Positions 60,946-64,000 of a DNA stretch of 64,000 bases are shown one piece after another. How positions within the stretch are numbered: the stretch's first letter is position 1; every line of letters starts with the position of its first letter. A program made the position numbers and the translations under genes. Origin of the DNA: Candidatus Poribacteria bacterium (GTDB lineage: Bacteria > Poribacteria > WGA-4E > WGA-3G); NCBI GenBank assembly GCA_965214095.1, contig OZ243938.1:1600001-1664000 (forward strand). Reading direction: 5' to 3'. The notes under the pieces were generated by a model that was not told where the DNA came from, ran no database searches, and saw only the letters and a list, made by a program, of their open reading frames with translations.

Positions 60946-61914
60946 TTATGTCAGGTGGATGGGTTCACCAGTTTCCAAAGATTGATTCGCTGCAATAGAC
61001 AAAATTGCGGTTTTCGCTGCATCGGGATATGGAGACCGAATGGCACTGCCATCTCCTGTGCGAACTGCTTCAATAAATGTGCTGTCCATATCTATTGTAC
61101 AGTTGTTATCGGGATTCCAGGTTTCTTTACCATCTGCAGTGGAAAGTACAAGTGCGCGTCGAAGGTGATATTCCAACGAGCCATCTTCACAGAAGATGTC
61201 TAAACCGGAACGACGTAATCCATTTGTTGTGAAGCAAGCGGAGAACATAATACCAAACACACCGCTTTCAAATTGCAATGAAACTGCTGATGCTTCTTCA
61301 ATATCGTAGTCGGTATTTGGAATCAGATCGTATCTTGCAACGGCATAGACAGTTTTGACTTCACCAAAGAGATAACGTGCCATATCAAATTCGTGTGTTG
61401 TTTGTTCCATGAGTTGTCCGCCGGATTTTGCCTTCTCACGCCACCATCCACCTGGCATGCCACCCATCCAGTAACCCATAAAGAAACCGACTCTTCGTGA
61501 AGCGAGCAGTTCTTGTGCCTTGTCTATAATATCAAGATAACGTTCCTGATATCCACAAGCGGTTATGATGCCTTTTTCTTCAACTTCAGCGGCAATTTCC
61601 TTTGCTTCATCGGTATCCATATGGACAGGTTTTTCAACGAACATTGGCAATCCAGCTGCGATAACTGCCTTCTCTGGTGCCCCATGAGCAAAAGGTGGAA
61701 TGGAAATGTAAATCGCATCCAGTTCCTCTTTTGCCAACATCTCGTTGTAATCTGCGTAAGCTTTACCACCGTATTGTTCAACGGCGCGTTCCGCTTTTTC
61801 TATGACAATATCGCAGAAAGCAACAAACTTGTTACCACCAATTTGGGTTAATTCCCGTAGGTGACGATTCATGTTCCCACCTGTGCCGATGAAACCTAAT
61901 CTTACGTCTGACAT
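60946..61914 (-). CDS. Gfo/Idh/MocA family oxidoreductase
   Basis: GFIGTG, FVEKP, SGGQLMEQTTH. Confidence 0.9.
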   Translation of the reverse strand: MSDVRLGFIGTGGNMNRHLRELTQIGGNKFVAFCDIVIEKAERAVEQYGGKAYADYNEMLAKEELDAIYISIPPFAHGAPEKAVIAAGLPMFVEKPVHMDTDEAKEIAAEVEEKGIITACGYQERYLDIIDKAQELLASRRVGFFMGYWMGGMPGGWWREKAKSGGQLMEQTTHEFDMARYLFGEVKTVYAVARYDLIPNTDYDIEEASAVSLQFESGVFGIMFSACFTTNGLRRSGLDIFCEDGSLEYHLRRALVLSTADGKETWNPDNNCTIDMDSTFIEAVRTGDGSAIRSPYPDAAKTAILSIAANQSLETGEPIHLT

Positions 61915-62041
61915 AAATTCTCCTATATGAAAATGTTAGGGTTAAAAATGAAAATAATGATATCTACAGAAATGTTTGCTTTGTTAATCATGCATTCTTA
62001 CACTTAAGCACAGTGATTATCTCAAATATCTTTACTTATTC

Positions 62042-62989
62042 TTACCATTCAAAAACAGTACCGAGTAACCGCATCGGTTCGTCACGGAGCCAATCATATA
62101 TCTGTGATGCATCATTGACATGGACACGATGTCGAATCAGGGGAGCAATTTTAATTGAATCTTGACGCAGTAATCTGCAGAGATTATCCAGATCATCACG
62201 GGTGAAATGGCTACAGTGCAAAATACTGATCTCCTTGAACTGTGCCGTATTGAAGGTATAGTTAACATCAAATCTTCCTGCGACTAACAGTAACCTTCCA
62301 CGCGTTTTGCATGCTTGAATCATCGGTGTAACCATGTCTGGTGCACCCGCAAAATCCATCACGACATCGTAACTCCCCTGAGCGATTTGTGCGTTCCACC
62401 CATCACCGCTGGTGTTGAAAACCTGTTCTGCTATACCGAGTTTTCGCGCTTCTTCTAATCGTGAGTCATCAATATCACATACGGATACGCGTGCTCCCAT
62501 GGCATAAGCGATCTGTGCTGCAAACATGCCGATACATCCTTGTCCTACAACAAGTACTCTCTCACCGATACGCGGCTCAACACGTCGGCAACAGTGCATC
62601 GCAACACCCGATATGCCAAATAAGGCTGCTTCAGCAGGATCAACATCATCAGGTAATTTATAGAGTAACCCGTTTTCTGGAATAATGAACCGTTCTACAT
62701 GATCTACACTGGCATAAATGAGATCTCCTACTTGAAGTTGGGACACGTCAGGACCTGTCTCAATGACACGTCCGACATTCTGATAACCTCCGCCACTGGG
62801 AAGATTTTCATCAGATGGTGCATAGTTCCCACCGATAAGTTGGTTACGCTCAGTGCCGTTGGTTAAACCAGTAAAAACTGCTTCACACAAGACCTCATTG
62901 CCTTTAGGCACTGATGGTTCTTTCCAATCGGTGACGAGTGTTTTTTCGCGTCGTTTGTCGGGTAACAATTTGATAACAAGTGCTCTCAC
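62042..62989 (-). CDS. MDR (zinc-binding dehydrogenase-like) family protein
   Basis: GTE, GYQNVGRV, VVGQGCIG Rossmann motif. Confidence 0.85.
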   Translation of the reverse strand: MRALVIKLLPDKRREKTLVTDWKEPSVPKGNEVLCEAVFTGLTNGTERNQLIGGNYAPSDENLPSGGGYQNVGRVIETGPDVSQLQVGDLIYASVDHVERFIIPENGLLYKLPDDVDPAEAALFGISGVAMHCCRRVEPRIGERVLVVGQGCIGMFAAQIAYAMGARVSVCDIDDSRLEEARKLGIAEQVFNTSGDGWNAQIAQGSYDVVMDFAGAPDMVTPMIQACKTRGRLLLVAGRFDVNYTFNTAQFKEISILHCSHFTRDDLDNLCRLLRQDSIKIAPLIRHRVHVNDASQIYDWLRDEPMRLLGTVFEW

Positions 62990-63231
62990 TATTAGATGAC
63001 TCCTGTTGATTTGTGTATGTAGAGATATTGATAGTTCTTATTTATTAACTTAACCTATTCTATCTAAATTGTCAAGTAGATTGAAATGTTATTGTTGTGT
63101 TACATTTTGCACTATATCCTCAAAAATCTATTGACAGATTGGCAACCTTTGCTATAAGATAAAGTCCATAAAGCAACTAAAGATATATATCCTTCTATAC
63201 AAATATTTACAGACATTTAAGGAGCAGGACA

Positions 63232-64000
63232 ATGCCCAAACGGGTTAATAAAGCGATTGAATTGTTAGAACAGGATCAACCAGTTTTCTATACAGGAAGC
63301 CATACAACATCAGACTTGAACTATGATGCAGGTCGTGCAGCGGCAAAAACATGGGCGGACTATATCAACATTGGTATGGAACACGGATGTTTTGATCTAT
63401 CGGGTTTAGATAGTTACATGCGTGGATTGGCAGATGGAGGTCCTACAAATAGTGGTCACAAAACGCCTGCTGTGATTGTTGAGTTACCGGTTGATGGCAT
63501 CAGCGCGGATGTGATTCGTGCAAACGGATGGCAGATGCGACAACTATTGGCACGTGGGGTGCACGGACTTCTGCTCTGTCATGCCGAGTCCCCCGAAGCC
63601 GTTAAAGCATTTGTGGAAGCATGTCGTTACCCGTTCCAGACAATCGGCGTAGGATCGCAATTGGATGTCGGTAGGCGCGGTTCTGCCGGACAAGGACCTG
63701 CCTCACAAATCTGGGGTGTTTCCGTTGACCAATATCTTGATACTGCTGACCCTTGGCCTCTGAATCCAGAAGGTGAATTACTACTGGGACTGAAGTTTGA
63801 AAATAAACGGGCATTAGCGAATGTTGAAATGACTGCGCGAGTACCGGGAATTGCCTTTGCAGAATGGGGACCGGGTGATATGAGCATGTCATTCGGATAT
63901 AAACATCAACCAAATCCGCGTCCACAGGAGTTACAAGATGCAAGAGATAGAATATTCTCTGCTTGTCAATCCGCTGGACTTAAGTTTCTGGAAAGTGCAT
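63232..64000 (+). CDS. HpcH/HpaI aldolase-family protein, 3'-truncated by window edge
   Basis: Not in the ORF track (no stop in window); AAGGAG-ATG MPKRVNKAIELLEQDQP..MEHG..EWGPGDM. Confidence 0.8.
   Translation, partial: MPKRVNKAIELLEQDQPVFYTGSHTTSDLNYDAGRAAAKTWADYINIGMEHGCFDLSGLDSYMRGLADGGPTNSGHKTPAVIVELPVDGISADVIRANGWQMRQLLARGVHGLLLCHAESPEAVKAFVEACRYPFQTIGVGSQLDVGRRGSAGQGPASQIWGVSVDQYLDTADPWPLNPEGELLLGLKFENKRALANVEMTARVPGIAFAEWGPGDMSMSFGYKHQPNPRPQELQDARDRIFSACQSAGLKFLESA

Noticed and set aside
63602-63943. Minus-strand ORFs at the window end
   Set aside because: Shadows of the plus-strand aldolase-family gene starting at 63232.

Overview
This is a bacterial chromosomal window, most likely Candidatus Poribacteria. 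That assignment is inferred from the 'V-x4-KL(T/A)TxW(A/G)x(I/V)K' C-terminal tails on secreted proteins and the WD40 proteins starting 'TTWxLPxGAIxRL'; it is not a database result. The first 16 kb are a co-oriented array of seven signal-peptide-less WD40 beta-propeller genes. They are mosaics of one another, and three junctions share a conserved ~235 bp sequence. Two paralogous genes sit inside the array, each fusing a degenerate ECF-sigma region-2-like N-terminus to a TYW3-like 'SCSGH' domain. Next is a 442 bp IS200/IS605-type element with no TnpA/TnpB that keeps both ends, a promoter and an omegaRNA-like 3' end. Other mobile features are MITEs and GTAG-REPs, a 3.3 kb cargo bracketed by two MITE copies, and a 1000 bp IS5-family element inserted at codon 2 of a lipoprotein gene. 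The remainder holds a moaA-sufCBD-grx-sufSU-Rieske-sufT cluster interleaved with three toxin-antitoxin pairs, tRNA-Leu(CAA), hflX, a GT9-GT1-GT9 cluster, a copper ATPase and several sugar-metabolism genes. All product calls come from motif recognition by eye; no searches were run.
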